Origin: Chitinophagales bacterium
GTDB lineage: Bacteria; Bacteroidota; Bacteroidia; Chitinophagales; JADIYW01
Direction of reading: 5' to 3'
NCBI GenBank assembly: GCA_020636545.1
Contig: JACJXS010000008.1
Coordinates: 159,530-223,529 of the forward strand
Length of the DNA stretch: 64,000 bases
Below are positions 9,070-19,534 of this stretch, piece by piece. The notes under the pieces were generated by a model, which worked only from the letters and a program-made list of their open reading frames with translations, did no database searches and had not been told where the DNA came from. Both the position numbers and the translations under genes were made by a program. Position 1 is the first letter of the stretch, and each line of letters begins with the position of its first letter.

Positions 9070-12000
9070 ATGTTGATTAGAAAATCTATATATATAATTG
9101 TCTTTTTATGCACTTTCTTTTTGCCTCAGCAAAGTTTTGGAAAAGGCAAAAAAAAACAGCCTAGTCAATATAAGAAAGCTACACTGATTCAGAAAGCATG
9201 GGGCGATTTAACCACAAGAAATAATTGGTATTTTAATGCCAATGAACGATACAAAGAACTTTTAAGACAGAATGCTCTAAATTTCAAAATTGATTTCTCA
9301 AAAGAAATACCTTTCTATTGGGCGAATAAAGATAACTTAAAGAGTTATACTTCGGAATTGCAACAGATTGAGAAAAAAATGGGTATTGTTCTTCAAATCA
9401 GGAATTATGGTCGATGGCGAGATAATGCTTATTTGTTACTAGGAAAAGCTCAATATTTTCAAAATAAAATTGATACTTCTTTAATTACATTTCAATACAT
9501 TGTTACCACAATGAAGCCTGAAAAAATGAATGCACAAGTTGGTTTATCCAATAAGGCAAGATTGAAATACCTACAAAAAAGACAAAAAGAAATTAAGAAA
9601 AAAGCGGGAGAAAATCAGAAAATAATTGAACTAAAACTGAGCCAACAAAAGAAAGATGCTGCTAAAAAAGCTGATGAGCTAAAGCAAAAACAAGCAGAAG
9701 CTATTGCTAATAAGAAAAAATCTATAGAAGAAATTATTAAGGCAAAGAAAAAAATAATTGCACTTCAGAAAAAGGGAAAGAAAATCCCACCGGAACTATT
9801 GGCAAAAGTAAAAAAATCATCAACACCTATTGATTCAACTGCAATAAAACAAAAGCAACAAGAAGTACAAATTCAAAAGAAACAAGAGCAAAATAAGAAT
9901 CAACCTTATATTTTGTTAGATGATGAATGGATAAAAAATCCTTATTATATTGATACAACACAAAATAGGAAAGATGAGAATCCTTTGGCTGATTTGTCTA
10001 AAAAGGAAGATGCAAAATGGGATAAATTGACATTTTGGGAAAAGATTAAACATAAGAAAAGTCGCCCAGAAGCATTGGTCTGGATGGCTCGAAGCTTGAT
10101 TGATATGAATAGATATGCCGATGCACAGAGTATGATTGCTTATGCAAAAGCACTTCGTAAATTAACAACAAATCAGAAAAAAGATATTTTTTTAATAAGT
10201 GCTTATTATCAATTGAATAGTAAAAATATTCCATTGACAATTGAAGAATTGGAAAATGCAATGCCATTCATTAAAAAGAAACAAGAAAAAGCCTATTATG
10301 AATTTTTATTAGCTCAGTTATATAAACAGAATGACCAACCAGCAGATGCCGTAGATTATTTTGTAAAAAATATCAAGCATACAAATGATGATAAATTTGC
10401 CTTTTATTCCAAATTAAAAATGGCAGATATTTTTGCAAAATACCCAGGTTTGTCAGATGCTAATATTGAAAAAATGTTGGCTAAACTTGTACGATTTGGC
10501 AAGAATAAAGACCAAGCAGATGAAGTTTATTATGAGCTGGCAAATTATGCTTTAAATAATAATAAAGATACAGCTCAAGCATTAATCTATTTAGATAAAT
10601 CTGTAAAATTGAGTACTTCAAATTCCATACAAAAAGGCTTATCCTATTTGTTGATGGGAAAAATAAATTTTGATACAGAAAAGTATGCAGTAGCAAAATT
10701 AAATTATGATAGTGCTGTGGCATTTATTCCAAAAGAAAATTTTGAATACCCAGAAGCAATTACAAGACAAAGCGTATTAGATGAATTAGCCAAGAATAGA
10801 GAAATTGTAAGTGTTCAAGATAGTTTACAACGCTTAGGAAAAATGTCGCCAAAAGAGTTGGCCCAGTTTTTAGCTGAAAAGGAAGCAGAAAAAGAAAAGA
10901 TAAATAAGAAAAAAAGTAGAATTTCAATAGAAGACAATGTTGGTGGCGGAAATGTAGATTTAAGTGCTGGATTTACACCTCAAAATTATTCATCTAATGG
11001 TTTGTGGTACTTTTATAACGACGAATTAAAATCAAAAGGGTATAATCAATTCAAAGCAGTTTGGGGAAATCGACCATTTGAAATTAACTGGCGTAGAAGT
11101 AGCAAATCTATTTTTGATACTGAAGATGGCGAAAATACTACAGAAAATGTACCAGCAGAAAATGAAAATTTAAGTACAGATAAAAATAGCAAACAGCCGA
11201 CTAAAGAAACAAAAGTTGATATACCTAAAACTCCTGAAGATTTTATAGCTTCTGATAAAAAAATTGCGAATGCTTTGTTTAATATCGGTGTTGTTTTTAA
11301 AAATAAACTACAAAATATACCTAAAGCAAAACAAGCTTTTGATGAATTGATAAGACGATTCCCAAATAGTGAGTTTGATGCAATAGCACATTATTACCAA
11401 TACCTCATTTATTTGGAACAAGATTTAAAAGGATTGGCATCAAAAGAAAAGAACTATATTTTAGAAAATTATCCATTGAGTGATGTCGCTGCAAAGCTGC
11501 AAGAACAACCACAAAAAGTACAAGAGACAACACCAACGCAAAATCAAAACGAGGCTTTGTATGCACAAACTTATCAAGCTTATCTTAATGATGATTTTGA
11601 AACCGTTTTGAATAATAAAAAATTAGCCCAAAAGAGCAAAATGCCAGATGAAGAAATGGCAAAAATTGATTTTTTAGAGGCGATGGTTTATGGTAAACAG
11701 AAAGTATTTAAAAAATACAAATTGGCCTTGTCAGATATTGTTTTGAAGTACCCAAATACAGAAGTAAAAAAGAAAGCTCAAGAATATTTAATTGCATTGA
11801 TACAATTTGAAAATGGATTAGAAGATTCGACCAAAACAGTACAAGAAATGATAATAACACCACAAAAATCAGATACAACCAATATAGAGCAGATTGAATT
11901 TAATATGGATACTAGTGATTTTATGATTGTTGTACGCCTGAATGATTCCTATTTTAAATTGCAACAAGTCGTAAGCGATTTACAAGGATATTGTGAGTCA

Positions 12001-12267
12001 AAAGCATCAAATCAAAAAGTAAAAGTGAACCCAGTTTTCTTTGAAAAAGGAGAAGCGCTAATTACATTGAAACGATTTGATGATATGGAAATCGTTAGTA
12101 AATTATTATTGAATTTGAATATAGATAAACAGAAATTATTTAATGAAAAAGCAAATTCTGTGAGCTATTATGTTATATCAACGGATAATTTTAAAAAGAT
12201 AAAATCTTTTAAAGATTTAGATACTTATGAACAGTTTTTTACTAAGAAATATATAAATAATGAGTAA
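9070..12267 (+). CDS. Large TPR-repeat protein with Lys-rich coiled-coil insert (possibly SprE/PorW-like; not established)
   Basis: ORF track starts at TTG 9040. I prefer ATG 9070 (MLIRKSIYIIVFLCTFFLPQQSFG signal). TPR-like helical repeats; 8-nt overlap with the PBP1A gene. Confidence 0.55.
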   Translation: MLIRKSIYIIVFLCTFFLPQQSFGKGKKKQPSQYKKATLIQKAWGDLTTRNNWYFNANERYKELLRQNALNFKIDFSKEIPFYWANKDNLKSYTSELQQIEKKMGIVLQIRNYGRWRDNAYLLLGKAQYFQNKIDTSLITFQYIVTTMKPEKMNAQVGLSNKARLKYLQKRQKEIKKKAGENQKIIELKLSQQKKDAAKKADELKQKQAEAIANKKKSIEEIIKAKKKIIALQKKGKKIPPELLAKVKKSSTPIDSTAIKQKQQEVQIQKKQEQNKNQPYILLDDEWIKNPYYIDTTQNRKDENPLADLSKKEDAKWDKLTFWEKIKHKKSRPEALVWMARSLIDMNRYADAQSMIAYAKALRKLTTNQKKDIFLISAYYQLNSKNIPLTIEELENAMPFIKKKQEKAYYEFLLAQLYKQNDQPADAVDYFVKNIKHTNDDKFAFYSKLKMADIFAKYPGLSDANIEKMLAKLVRFGKNKDQADEVYYELANYALNNNKDTAQALIYLDKSVKLSTSNSIQKGLSYLLMGKINFDTEKYAVAKLNYDSAVAFIPKENFEYPEAITRQSVLDELAKNREIVSVQDSLQRLGKMSPKELAQFLAEKEAEKEKINKKKSRISIEDNVGGGNVDLSAGFTPQNYSSNGLWYFYNDELKSKGYNQFKAVWGNRPFEINWRRSSKSIFDTEDGENTTENVPAENENLSTDKNSKQPTKETKVDIPKTPEDFIASDKKIANALFNIGVVFKNKLQNIPKAKQAFDELIRRFPNSEFDAIAHYYQYLIYLEQDLKGLASKEKNYILENYPLSDVAAKLQEQPQKVQETTPTQNQNEALYAQTYQAYLNDDFETVLNNKKLAQKSKMPDEEMAKIDFLEAMVYGKQKVFKKYKLALSDIVLKYPNTEVKKKAQEYLIALIQFENGLEDSTKTVQEMIITPQKSDTTNIEQIEFNMDTSDFMIVVRLNDSYFKLQQVVSDLQGYCESKASNQKVKVNPVFFEKGEALITLKRFDDMEIVSKLLLNLNIDKQKLFNEKANSVSYYVISTDNFKKIKSFKDLDTYEQFFTKKYINNE

Positions 12268-14497
12268 TTTTAATATAAGTCCAAAGATAATTTGGAAATT
12301 CTTTTTTGCCGGTTTAGGTTTTGTTTTTTTATTTTTTCTTCTGATTAGAATCGGATTGTTTGGTAAATTACCATCTTTTGAAGAAATAGAAAACCCAAAT
12401 TCAAACTTAGCATCAGAAATCTATTCTGCAGATTCTGTTTTGATAGGTAAATTTTATGTGAATAATAGAAGTAATGTTTCTTTTGATCAATTATCGCCTT
12501 GGTTGGAAAAAGCACTCATCTCAACAGAGGATAAACGCTTTTATGAACATTCTGGAATTGATATTTTTAGAACATTTAAAGCGGTTTTTACACTTGGACA
12601 AGATGGTGGAGGAAGTACCATTACACAACAATTAGCCAAAAATATGTTTCATAAAAGAGGCGGTGGAATTATCACTAGAGTAATTCAAAAAGCTAAAGAA
12701 TATGTTATTGCTGTAATGTTGGAACGAAGATATACCAAAGAAGAGATCATTGCCATGTATTTTAATACATTTGATTTTGTAAATAATGCCATAGGTATAG
12801 AAAGTGCATCAAGGATTTATTTTAATAAGCAACCTAAAGATTTGAATATTGAGGAAGCTGCAATGTTTGTTGGGATGTTACAAAATCCATCTTTATATAA
12901 TCCAAATAGAAATGAAACATTTAGAAAAAGATGTGAAGAAAGAAGGTCTATTGTACTTAGATTAATGCGGGATAATGGGCATATTTCTAATGCACAACTA
13001 TCAGAATTATTGATGAAACCAATTGAGTTGAATTTTCATCCTGAATCTGCGAGTGATGGTTTGGCACCTTATTTTAGACAGACATTAGCAGAGTATTTAA
13101 AAAAATGGGCTAAAGAAAATAAGAAACCAGATGGAACTTCCTATAATATTTATACAGATGGATTGAAAATCTACACTACCTTAGATACAAGAATGCAAAA
13201 ACATGCTGAAGAGGCAACTGTTGAGCATTTAAGAAATCATCAGAAAATTATAGATGCACAATTTAGAAGTGGTTGGAATCCATGGAAAAAAGAATTGGGA
13301 CAAAAGATATTATTATCAGCTTGTAAGAATACACCACGTTGGAGAAATATGAAAGCGGAAGGGATGAGTGATGATGCAATATTAGAAGTTTTTAAAACTC
13401 AGAAGAATAAAATGACGGTATTTTCCTACAACGGAATGAAGGATACTACCTTTACACCTTATGATTCTGTTAGATATTATAAGTCTTTTCTGCAAGTAGG
13501 ATTTATGGTAATGGAGCCAAATACTGGATATGTAAAAGCTTGGGTTGGTGGTCCTAATTTTAATTATTTTAAAGTAGATCATTGCAATACGCAAAGACAA
13601 GTAGGCTCAACTTTCAAGCCAATTGTATATGCATTGGCAGTTGATAATGGATGGTCGCCTTGTATGGTTGTTACGCCAGGAAAAGTAACGATTGGAAATT
13701 GGAGTCCAAGAGGCGGAAGTGGAGGTCCACAAACCTTGAAGCATGCATTAACCAAATCGGATAACCAAGTGGCTGCTTATATTACATTAAAATTTGGAGT
13801 CTCTGCAATTATAGATATGTCCAGAAAGATGGGTATCGTATCAGACTTGCCACCGTATGCACCAATTTCATTAGGAGCTTCGGATATCACATTGTCAGAA
13901 ATGATGACTGTTTATAGTACATTTCCAAATGCTGGAATTAGTACGAAGCCCCAATTCTTAGTTAGAATTGAAGATAAAGATGGTAATATAGTTCAGAATT
14001 TTACAACAGAGATGCGAGAAGTATTGTCAGATAATATAGCCTACAAAATGGTTGATATGTTAAAAGGTCCAGTTGGTCCAGGCGGGACAGGTGGAAGCTT
14101 GAGAGGTAGATTTGGATTGGGCGACATTAAAAATATTTGTGGAAAAACAGGAACAACTAATAATAATACCGATGGTTGGTTTATTGGATTTACACCACAA
14201 TTGGTTGCTGGAGCTTGGGTCGGTTGCGATGACCCAATCTTACACTTCTTGACTACAGGAAATGGTATGGGTGCAGCATCTGCAATGCCTATATTTGGAA
14301 AATTTATGTATAAAGCCTATAATGATCCAAAACTGAAAAAGCTCAAAAAAGATATGGATTTCTTTATCCCTTCTGATGCAGAATTGGCTAAAAATGTATG
14401 TTCTGGAGATGAAGTAGAGACTGATATTTATAATAGTACTGTTGGAGGAAATACCGATGCGGTTGAAGAGAATTATGATACTGAATATAAGTTTTAA
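12260..14497 (+). CDS. mrcA: Penicillin-binding protein 1A (bifunctional glycosyltransferase/transpeptidase)
   Basis: GT51 motifs EDKRFYEHSGID and GGSTITQQLAKN; transpeptidase motifs STFKP, SDN, KTGTT. Confidence 0.9.
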   Translation: MSNFNISPKIIWKFFFAGLGFVFLFFLLIRIGLFGKLPSFEEIENPNSNLASEIYSADSVLIGKFYVNNRSNVSFDQLSPWLEKALISTEDKRFYEHSGIDIFRTFKAVFTLGQDGGGSTITQQLAKNMFHKRGGGIITRVIQKAKEYVIAVMLERRYTKEEIIAMYFNTFDFVNNAIGIESASRIYFNKQPKDLNIEEAAMFVGMLQNPSLYNPNRNETFRKRCEERRSIVLRLMRDNGHISNAQLSELLMKPIELNFHPESASDGLAPYFRQTLAEYLKKWAKENKKPDGTSYNIYTDGLKIYTTLDTRMQKHAEEATVEHLRNHQKIIDAQFRSGWNPWKKELGQKILLSACKNTPRWRNMKAEGMSDDAILEVFKTQKNKMTVFSYNGMKDTTFTPYDSVRYYKSFLQVGFMVMEPNTGYVKAWVGGPNFNYFKVDHCNTQRQVGSTFKPIVYALAVDNGWSPCMVVTPGKVTIGNWSPRGGSGGPQTLKHALTKSDNQVAAYITLKFGVSAIIDMSRKMGIVSDLPPYAPISLGASDITLSEMMTVYSTFPNAGISTKPQFLVRIEDKDGNIVQNFTTEMREVLSDNIAYKMVDMLKGPVGPGGTGGSLRGRFGLGDIKNICGKTGTTNNNTDGWFIGFTPQLVAGAWVGCDDPILHFLTTGNGMGAASAMPIFGKFMYKAYNDPKLKKLKKDMDFFIPSDAELAKNVCSGDEVETDIYNSTVGGNTDAVEENYDTEYKF

Positions 14498-14534
14498 AAC
14501 TAAAAGTTAAGATTATTGTTATACAATAAATAAC

Positions 14535-15188
14535 TTGTCCTTGAGTGCTTTTATTCCTAAGTTCTCTATAGTTTTAACAACTTATAATAGAGAGCAATAT
14601 ATTGAACGTGCTATCTTATCTGTAATCCAACAAACTGAAAGTAATTGGGAGTTATTGGTTATTGACGATGGCAGTACAGATAATACTGAAAAACTTATTC
14701 AACCCTATTTGAATATCAATCAATCTGTTTACTATTTCAAACAAGAGAATAGAGGAGAAGTGTCAGCAAAAAACAGAGGGATAAGTTTGTCATGCGGGGA
14801 GTATATTACCTTTTTAGATTCTGATGACGCTTATAAAATGGAACACCTACAATATAGAAGTCAAATAATAAATCAACACCCAATGGTTGATTTATTGTAC
14901 GGTGGAGTAGAGGTTATTGGTGATGAGTTTGTGCCAGATAGGAGAAATAAAGGAAAGAAAATTCATCTTTCAGATTGTGTTATTGGTGGTACTTTCTTTA
15001 TAAAAAGAGAGGTGCTATTTGAATTGGGAGGCTTTAGAACAATTGATATTGGTGCTGATGCAGATTTATTCGATAGGATAGTTCGTGCTAAAAAGAATAC
15101 CTTAAAGATGAATTCTCCAACTTATATTTATCACAGAGAGTATGAGGATTCTATAACGCATAATTATTTTCAGGAACGTAAGCACTAA
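14535..15188 (+). CDS. Family 2 glycosyltransferase
   Basis: 217 aa; ..IVLTTYNRE.., DDGSTDNT, FLDSDD motifs; TTG start. Confidence 0.75.
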   Translation: MSLSAFIPKFSIVLTTYNREQYIERAILSVIQQTESNWELLVIDDGSTDNTEKLIQPYLNINQSVYYFKQENRGEVSAKNRGISLSCGEYITFLDSDDAYKMEHLQYRSQIINQHPMVDLLYGGVEVIGDEFVPDRRNKGKKIHLSDCVIGGTFFIKREVLFELGGFRTIDIGADADLFDRIVRAKKNTLKMNSPTYIYHREYEDSITHNYFQERKH

Positions 15189-15192
15189 AATA

Positions 15193-15222
15193 AAAACGGT
15201 CGGAAATAATCCCGACCGTTTT
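15193..15222. terminator. Bidirectional rho-independent terminator (GT2 / mscL convergent pair)
   Basis: 11-bp stem AAAACGGTCGG/CCGACCGTTTT with 8-nt loop. Confidence 0.7.
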
Positions 15223-15239
15223 AATATTTATAGAATAAT

Positions 15240-15617
15240 TTATTTCTTTAATAAATCTCTAATTTCTCCAAGTAGTTTTTCTTCATTAGTAGGTTCAGGT
15301 GCAACAGCTGGAGCTTCCTTTTCTTCCTTCTTCATCTTATTGATAGATTTAACTACTAAAAACATAGAGAAAGCAATTACAATAAAATTGATTACAGCAG
15401 ATAGGAATACACCATATTTTATACCATTAGCAGATAATTGTGCAATCTGATCTACACCAGCGGCTTTTAGTGCAGGATTTAAAATTACTGGGGTAATTAT
15501 ATCTTCTATTAGTGAAGATACTATTTTACCAAATGCACCACCGATAACAACAGCAACTGCTAAGTCAATCACATTGCCTTTGAGTGCAAACTCTTTAAAT
15601 TCTTTTAGTAATGACAT
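15240..15617 (-). CDS. mscL: Large-conductance mechanosensitive channel
   Basis: 125 aa; MSLLKEFKEFALKGNVIDLAVAVVIGGAFGKIV canonical MscL N-terminus. Confidence 0.92.
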   Translation of the reverse strand: MSLLKEFKEFALKGNVIDLAVAVVIGGAFGKIVSSLIEDIITPVILNPALKAAGVDQIAQLSANGIKYGVFLSAVINFIVIAFSMFLVVKSINKMKKEEKEAPAVAPEPTNEEKLLGEIRDLLKK

Positions 15618-15644
15618 AATGTTTTGTTTTTAATGATTAAAAAA

Positions 15645-18600
15645 TTATCTAAATATTTGTTGCGGAGCAACCATATTAGGTTCTATTGTTGGACTCTGAA
15701 CATAATTTGGAAAAGCTTGATTCAACTGCTTCATGAAATCATTATCCTTATAATTAATAGCTAAATATTGCATTCTTTGAATCATATCTTCAGCAGATTT
15801 TTTCTCATCAGCATATCTTTCAGCATAAGAATTATTTGGCAGTGAATAGAATCTCAAACAATCAGCCATATCTTTTAAAAATAATTCTTTGATTTCTTTC
15901 GCACCTTCAGGCTTTCCAGCTCTATAATATAAATCTATCCATTGAATGGCTAAAATATTAAAGAAACGATTATTCGGAGCGTAATATGGAGCATTTACAT
16001 ACTGATATTCTTTTTTAGCTTTATCTAGTACTTTAATTGCTTCATCATTCTTTCCATTTCTAATTAAATCATCTGCTATTGAAAGATGTACACTTTTTTG
16101 ACTATTCATAATCCTAGCGGAATTTTCATCAACAAACATTTCTCTTTCTCCTAATCCGCCATATTTGAATTTGTTTTGTACTAAATCAAAATTTTTATCT
16201 GTATTCATAGCCATAAAACCACGTTGGTTTTCTTCAAATTTTACAGGAACAATTCTATTAATCAATCCTTCTTGAATCATATATTTATCCAAACCTTGAT
16301 AATAGGAGGATTCTACTGTATTTGCAAAACAAATAGGTCTGCTCCAATCTTCAGCAGCAATCATTGCTAAAACAGCTAAATCATAGATAATAACTCTGTC
16401 TTTTCCTAAATCCCAAACTATTTCATCTGTGATTAGGTCTTTGTACTTATCAGGTACTACATTATTTTTAAGAGCAGCTTCTTTATTTACTTTTAATTTG
16501 AATTTAGTACTTGGAAAATAATTAACGGTTTCGCCACCTTGAGTTTGAGCTTTATATTTCATATCATCACTCAAAACAAAAGAAAGGATATTCGATAAAT
16601 CATAATATTGATTTGGGTCTGCAAAACCCGATTGAGGATTATAAGACAGCACTTGTCTTGTACTTCCTCTGTATTTGTCAGGCGTAAAATCTTTTTGCAG
16701 AGGAATTGGAGTAGATTTGTTTTCTGCTCTAAATAACCCGTCAATATACCAATCAACACCTAATAAACTCAAATTTACGATTCTTACATCTGTTCTGATA
16801 CCTTCAACCTCTTGAGCATACCAAAGTGGGTAAGTATCATTATCGCCTTGTGTAAATAGAATCGCATTTGGCGGACAACTTTCTAAATAATTACTGGCAA
16901 AATCTCTAGCCATAAATCTATTATGTCTGTTGTGATCATTCCAACCTTCTTTTCCCATAATATAAGGAACGCCCAAGAATAAAAGTGATACAGCTATACT
17001 TACAGGTAATGCTAGTCCTTTAGATTTTTCACGTATCCATTCTGCAACTGCCAATACTGCAAAGCCTATCCATATACAGAAGGTATAAAATGAACCCACT
17101 AATGCATAATCTCTTTCTCTTGGTTCTCTTGGTGGTTCATTAATATAAATTATTAAAAATAATCCAGTATTTAAAAATAAGAGCAATAAAACTAAAGCAT
17201 ATTCTTTGCTTCTATTAACCATATAAACTAAGCCAATTAATCCTAAAATTAAAGGCAGTAAATAAAATTTATTTCTTGCTTTCTGATTGGTAATTTGATA
17301 AGGTAAATTTTCTTGAGACCCTAATCTTGAATTGTCTATAAATGAAAGGCCTGAAAGCCAATCGCCATTGATTTTTTGTGTACCTGCCATTCCTTGATAA
17401 TCATCTTGTCGTCCAGCAAAATTCCACATAAAATATCGCCAATACATATAGCCAACTTGATAAGATAAAAAGTAACTTATATTATCGCTGAATGTTGGTG
17501 TTCCTTGAAAATCTGTCCAATATTGAAACAGTTGTTTTGCATTTGCTCCATCATTTGTTGGTCCCATTCTGGGGAAAAATAACATTTCCTCATCTTTATA
17601 TTTATAAGCACGCTTGATGTCTTTAACCTCATATTTTTTTGTTTCCTTATTAGGATAAAGAACTTCACCTTTTTCATCAATAGCATAAGGTTGAGCGTCA
17701 AACATTGGGCCTTTTAACAATGGTCTTTCGCCATACTGCTCTCTGTTTAAGTAAGAAATAAGAGAATAGGCATCAGATGGGTTGTTCATATTGATTGGAG
17801 GAAATGCCGTAGCACGAATTGGAACCATAGCATAAGAAGAGAAGCCAATAAAAATCACTAAAGCACAAATTGCAGATAATTGCATATCTGCATGTTTGAT
17901 TTTATTGGCATAACGTATAATGGCTACTAAAATCCCAAAGAATAAGATAATAGCAAAAATTAAACCTGAATTAAAAGGTAATCTTAAAATATTTACAGCA
18001 AAGTATTCAAATTTACTTGCTATTAATGGAGCTGTAGATACAACACCAACTTGTACTAATCCTAATACAAAGAAACCTACTATAAAAGCGATTATAAATC
18101 CTTTAATATTTGGTTCATATTTTCTAAAATAATAGATTAAAGCAGCAGCTGGAATCACTAATAAAGAAAGCAAGTGAACACCAATAGATAAGCCTATCAT
18201 AAAACTTGCAAAGACCAACCATCTGTTAGCGTGTGGTTCATCTGCTTCTTCATCCCATTTCATGACTGCCCAGAAAGTGATAGAAATGAAAAATAATGAT
18301 GCGGCATAAACCTCGCCTTCAACTGCCGAAAACCAAACTGAATCAGAAAATGAACAAGCTAAAGCACCAACCAAACCACTGCCCATAATAGATATTACTC
18401 TGTCTGTAGTTAAATCTTCTTCATTGCGTGCAACAATTCTTTTTGCGATTATTGTAATAATCCAAAATAAGAACATAACCGCTCCAGCCGACATGACTGC
18501 TGATAAAAGGTTAATCATAAATGCAACGTGTGAAGGATCTGATGCAAATAAGGAAAATACCCTTCCCATCATCAAAAATAAAGGTGCACCAGGAGGGTGA

Positions 18601-18752
18601 GCAATTTGCAACTTGTAGGCACAAGAAATAAACTCACCGCAATCCCATAAACTTCCTGCCGATTCTGCGGTAGAAGCATATTGCCATAATGAAATGGCGA
18701 ATACAATTAACCCTAATAAAGTATTGATAATCTTATACTGCTTTAGTTTCAT
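15645..18752 (-). CDS. DUF2723-family polytopic membrane protein (GT-C-like glycosyltransferase fold) with C-terminal TPR-like region
   Basis: 1035 aa; N-terminal ..AESAGSLWDCGEFISCAYKLQIAHPPGAPLF.. typical of DUF2723; many TM helices. Confidence 0.7.
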   Translation of the reverse strand: MKLKQYKIINTLLGLIVFAISLWQYASTAESAGSLWDCGEFISCAYKLQIAHPPGAPLFLMMGRVFSLFASDPSHVAFMINLLSAVMSAGAVMFLFWIITIIAKRIVARNEEDLTTDRVISIMGSGLVGALACSFSDSVWFSAVEGEVYAASLFFISITFWAVMKWDEEADEPHANRWLVFASFMIGLSIGVHLLSLLVIPAAALIYYFRKYEPNIKGFIIAFIVGFFVLGLVQVGVVSTAPLIASKFEYFAVNILRLPFNSGLIFAIILFFGILVAIIRYANKIKHADMQLSAICALVIFIGFSSYAMVPIRATAFPPINMNNPSDAYSLISYLNREQYGERPLLKGPMFDAQPYAIDEKGEVLYPNKETKKYEVKDIKRAYKYKDEEMLFFPRMGPTNDGANAKQLFQYWTDFQGTPTFSDNISYFLSYQVGYMYWRYFMWNFAGRQDDYQGMAGTQKINGDWLSGLSFIDNSRLGSQENLPYQITNQKARNKFYLLPLILGLIGLVYMVNRSKEYALVLLLLFLNTGLFLIIYINEPPREPRERDYALVGSFYTFCIWIGFAVLAVAEWIREKSKGLALPVSIAVSLLFLGVPYIMGKEGWNDHNRHNRFMARDFASNYLESCPPNAILFTQGDNDTYPLWYAQEVEGIRTDVRIVNLSLLGVDWYIDGLFRAENKSTPIPLQKDFTPDKYRGSTRQVLSYNPQSGFADPNQYYDLSNILSFVLSDDMKYKAQTQGGETVNYFPSTKFKLKVNKEAALKNNVVPDKYKDLITDEIVWDLGKDRVIIYDLAVLAMIAAEDWSRPICFANTVESSYYQGLDKYMIQEGLINRIVPVKFEENQRGFMAMNTDKNFDLVQNKFKYGGLGEREMFVDENSARIMNSQKSVHLSIADDLIRNGKNDEAIKVLDKAKKEYQYVNAPYYAPNNRFFNILAIQWIDLYYRAGKPEGAKEIKELFLKDMADCLRFYSLPNNSYAERYADEKKSAEDMIQRMQYLAINYKDNDFMKQLNQAFPNYVQSPTIEPNMVAPQQIFR

Positions 18753-18868
18753 TCAGCTATTTTTTGCTCAAAAATAGTAAAAAAGTATAGATTATTTTGA
18801 TTGGCTTGTAAATAGTTGTTAAAATGCTTTGATTAAAGTGACGTTTACTTTTATTATTGATACATAAT

Positions 18869-19486
18869 TTACTTTCTAATTAGTGTGTTGTACCATTTAT
18901 TCCACCTATTTATTATCTCTTTAATTTCTTTGCTCGGCATATTGGGTTTTATAATTCCGTACTCATTTTTAGAAAGCCTTTTAAGAATCCAACTCGCTCG
19001 TCCTGCAACTGTAAATATATCATCATCTATTTGATAGTTTAGGGTATTGTGTACCATATCGCCTGTTTTTACTCTACTCCAAATAGTAACATCACTGGCA
19101 TTAATTAAACCAACAAATGTAGTGTCCGATAAATCGTTGATTAATTTAGGAATGAGCCAACTATATCTTATACTATCCATAGCTGCCCAAAATGGAATTC
19201 TGAAAATATATTCGTAATCTTTTCTTGAATGTATAAAAGTTTCAATATCTTCTTTTGTATAATTTCGAATATCACGCATCACAGAATCTTGACGCATTCC
19301 ATAAGCGAAGGTAAATTCGCTATTTACAATGTTTAATTGTTTTTTGAAAGCAGTAGGCAATAATTCAAAACTTAAAAATGGTTTATTTAAGTCATTTGCA
19401 TTACTATTTAAAGTAGTCAGACATAAAGCAAATACTATAATATTCAGCAATAAGCAATAATAATTATGGGAAAGTCTTTTTTGCAT
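18869..19486 (-). CDS. Hypothetical secreted protein
   Basis: 205-aa ORF with N-terminal hydrophobic signal; no motif recognised. Confidence 0.4.
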   Translation of the reverse strand: MQKRLSHNYYCLLLNIIVFALCLTTLNSNANDLNKPFLSFELLPTAFKKQLNIVNSEFTFAYGMRQDSVMRDIRNYTKEDIETFIHSRKDYEYIFRIPFWAAMDSIRYSWLIPKLINDLSDTTFVGLINASDVTIWSRVKTGDMVHNTLNYQIDDDIFTVAGRASWILKRLSKNEYGIIKPNMPSKEIKEIINRWNKWYNTLIRK

Positions 19487-19534
19487 CCGCTATTTTACTT
19501 CAAATTATATGCCATCAATGGTTTAAAAAATTGA

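Noticed and set aside
9600-9900. Lys/Gln-rich low-complexity DNA that looks repeat-like
   Set aside because: It lies in frame within the TPR protein ORF and encodes a charged coiled-coil insert, so it is not an independent repeat element.
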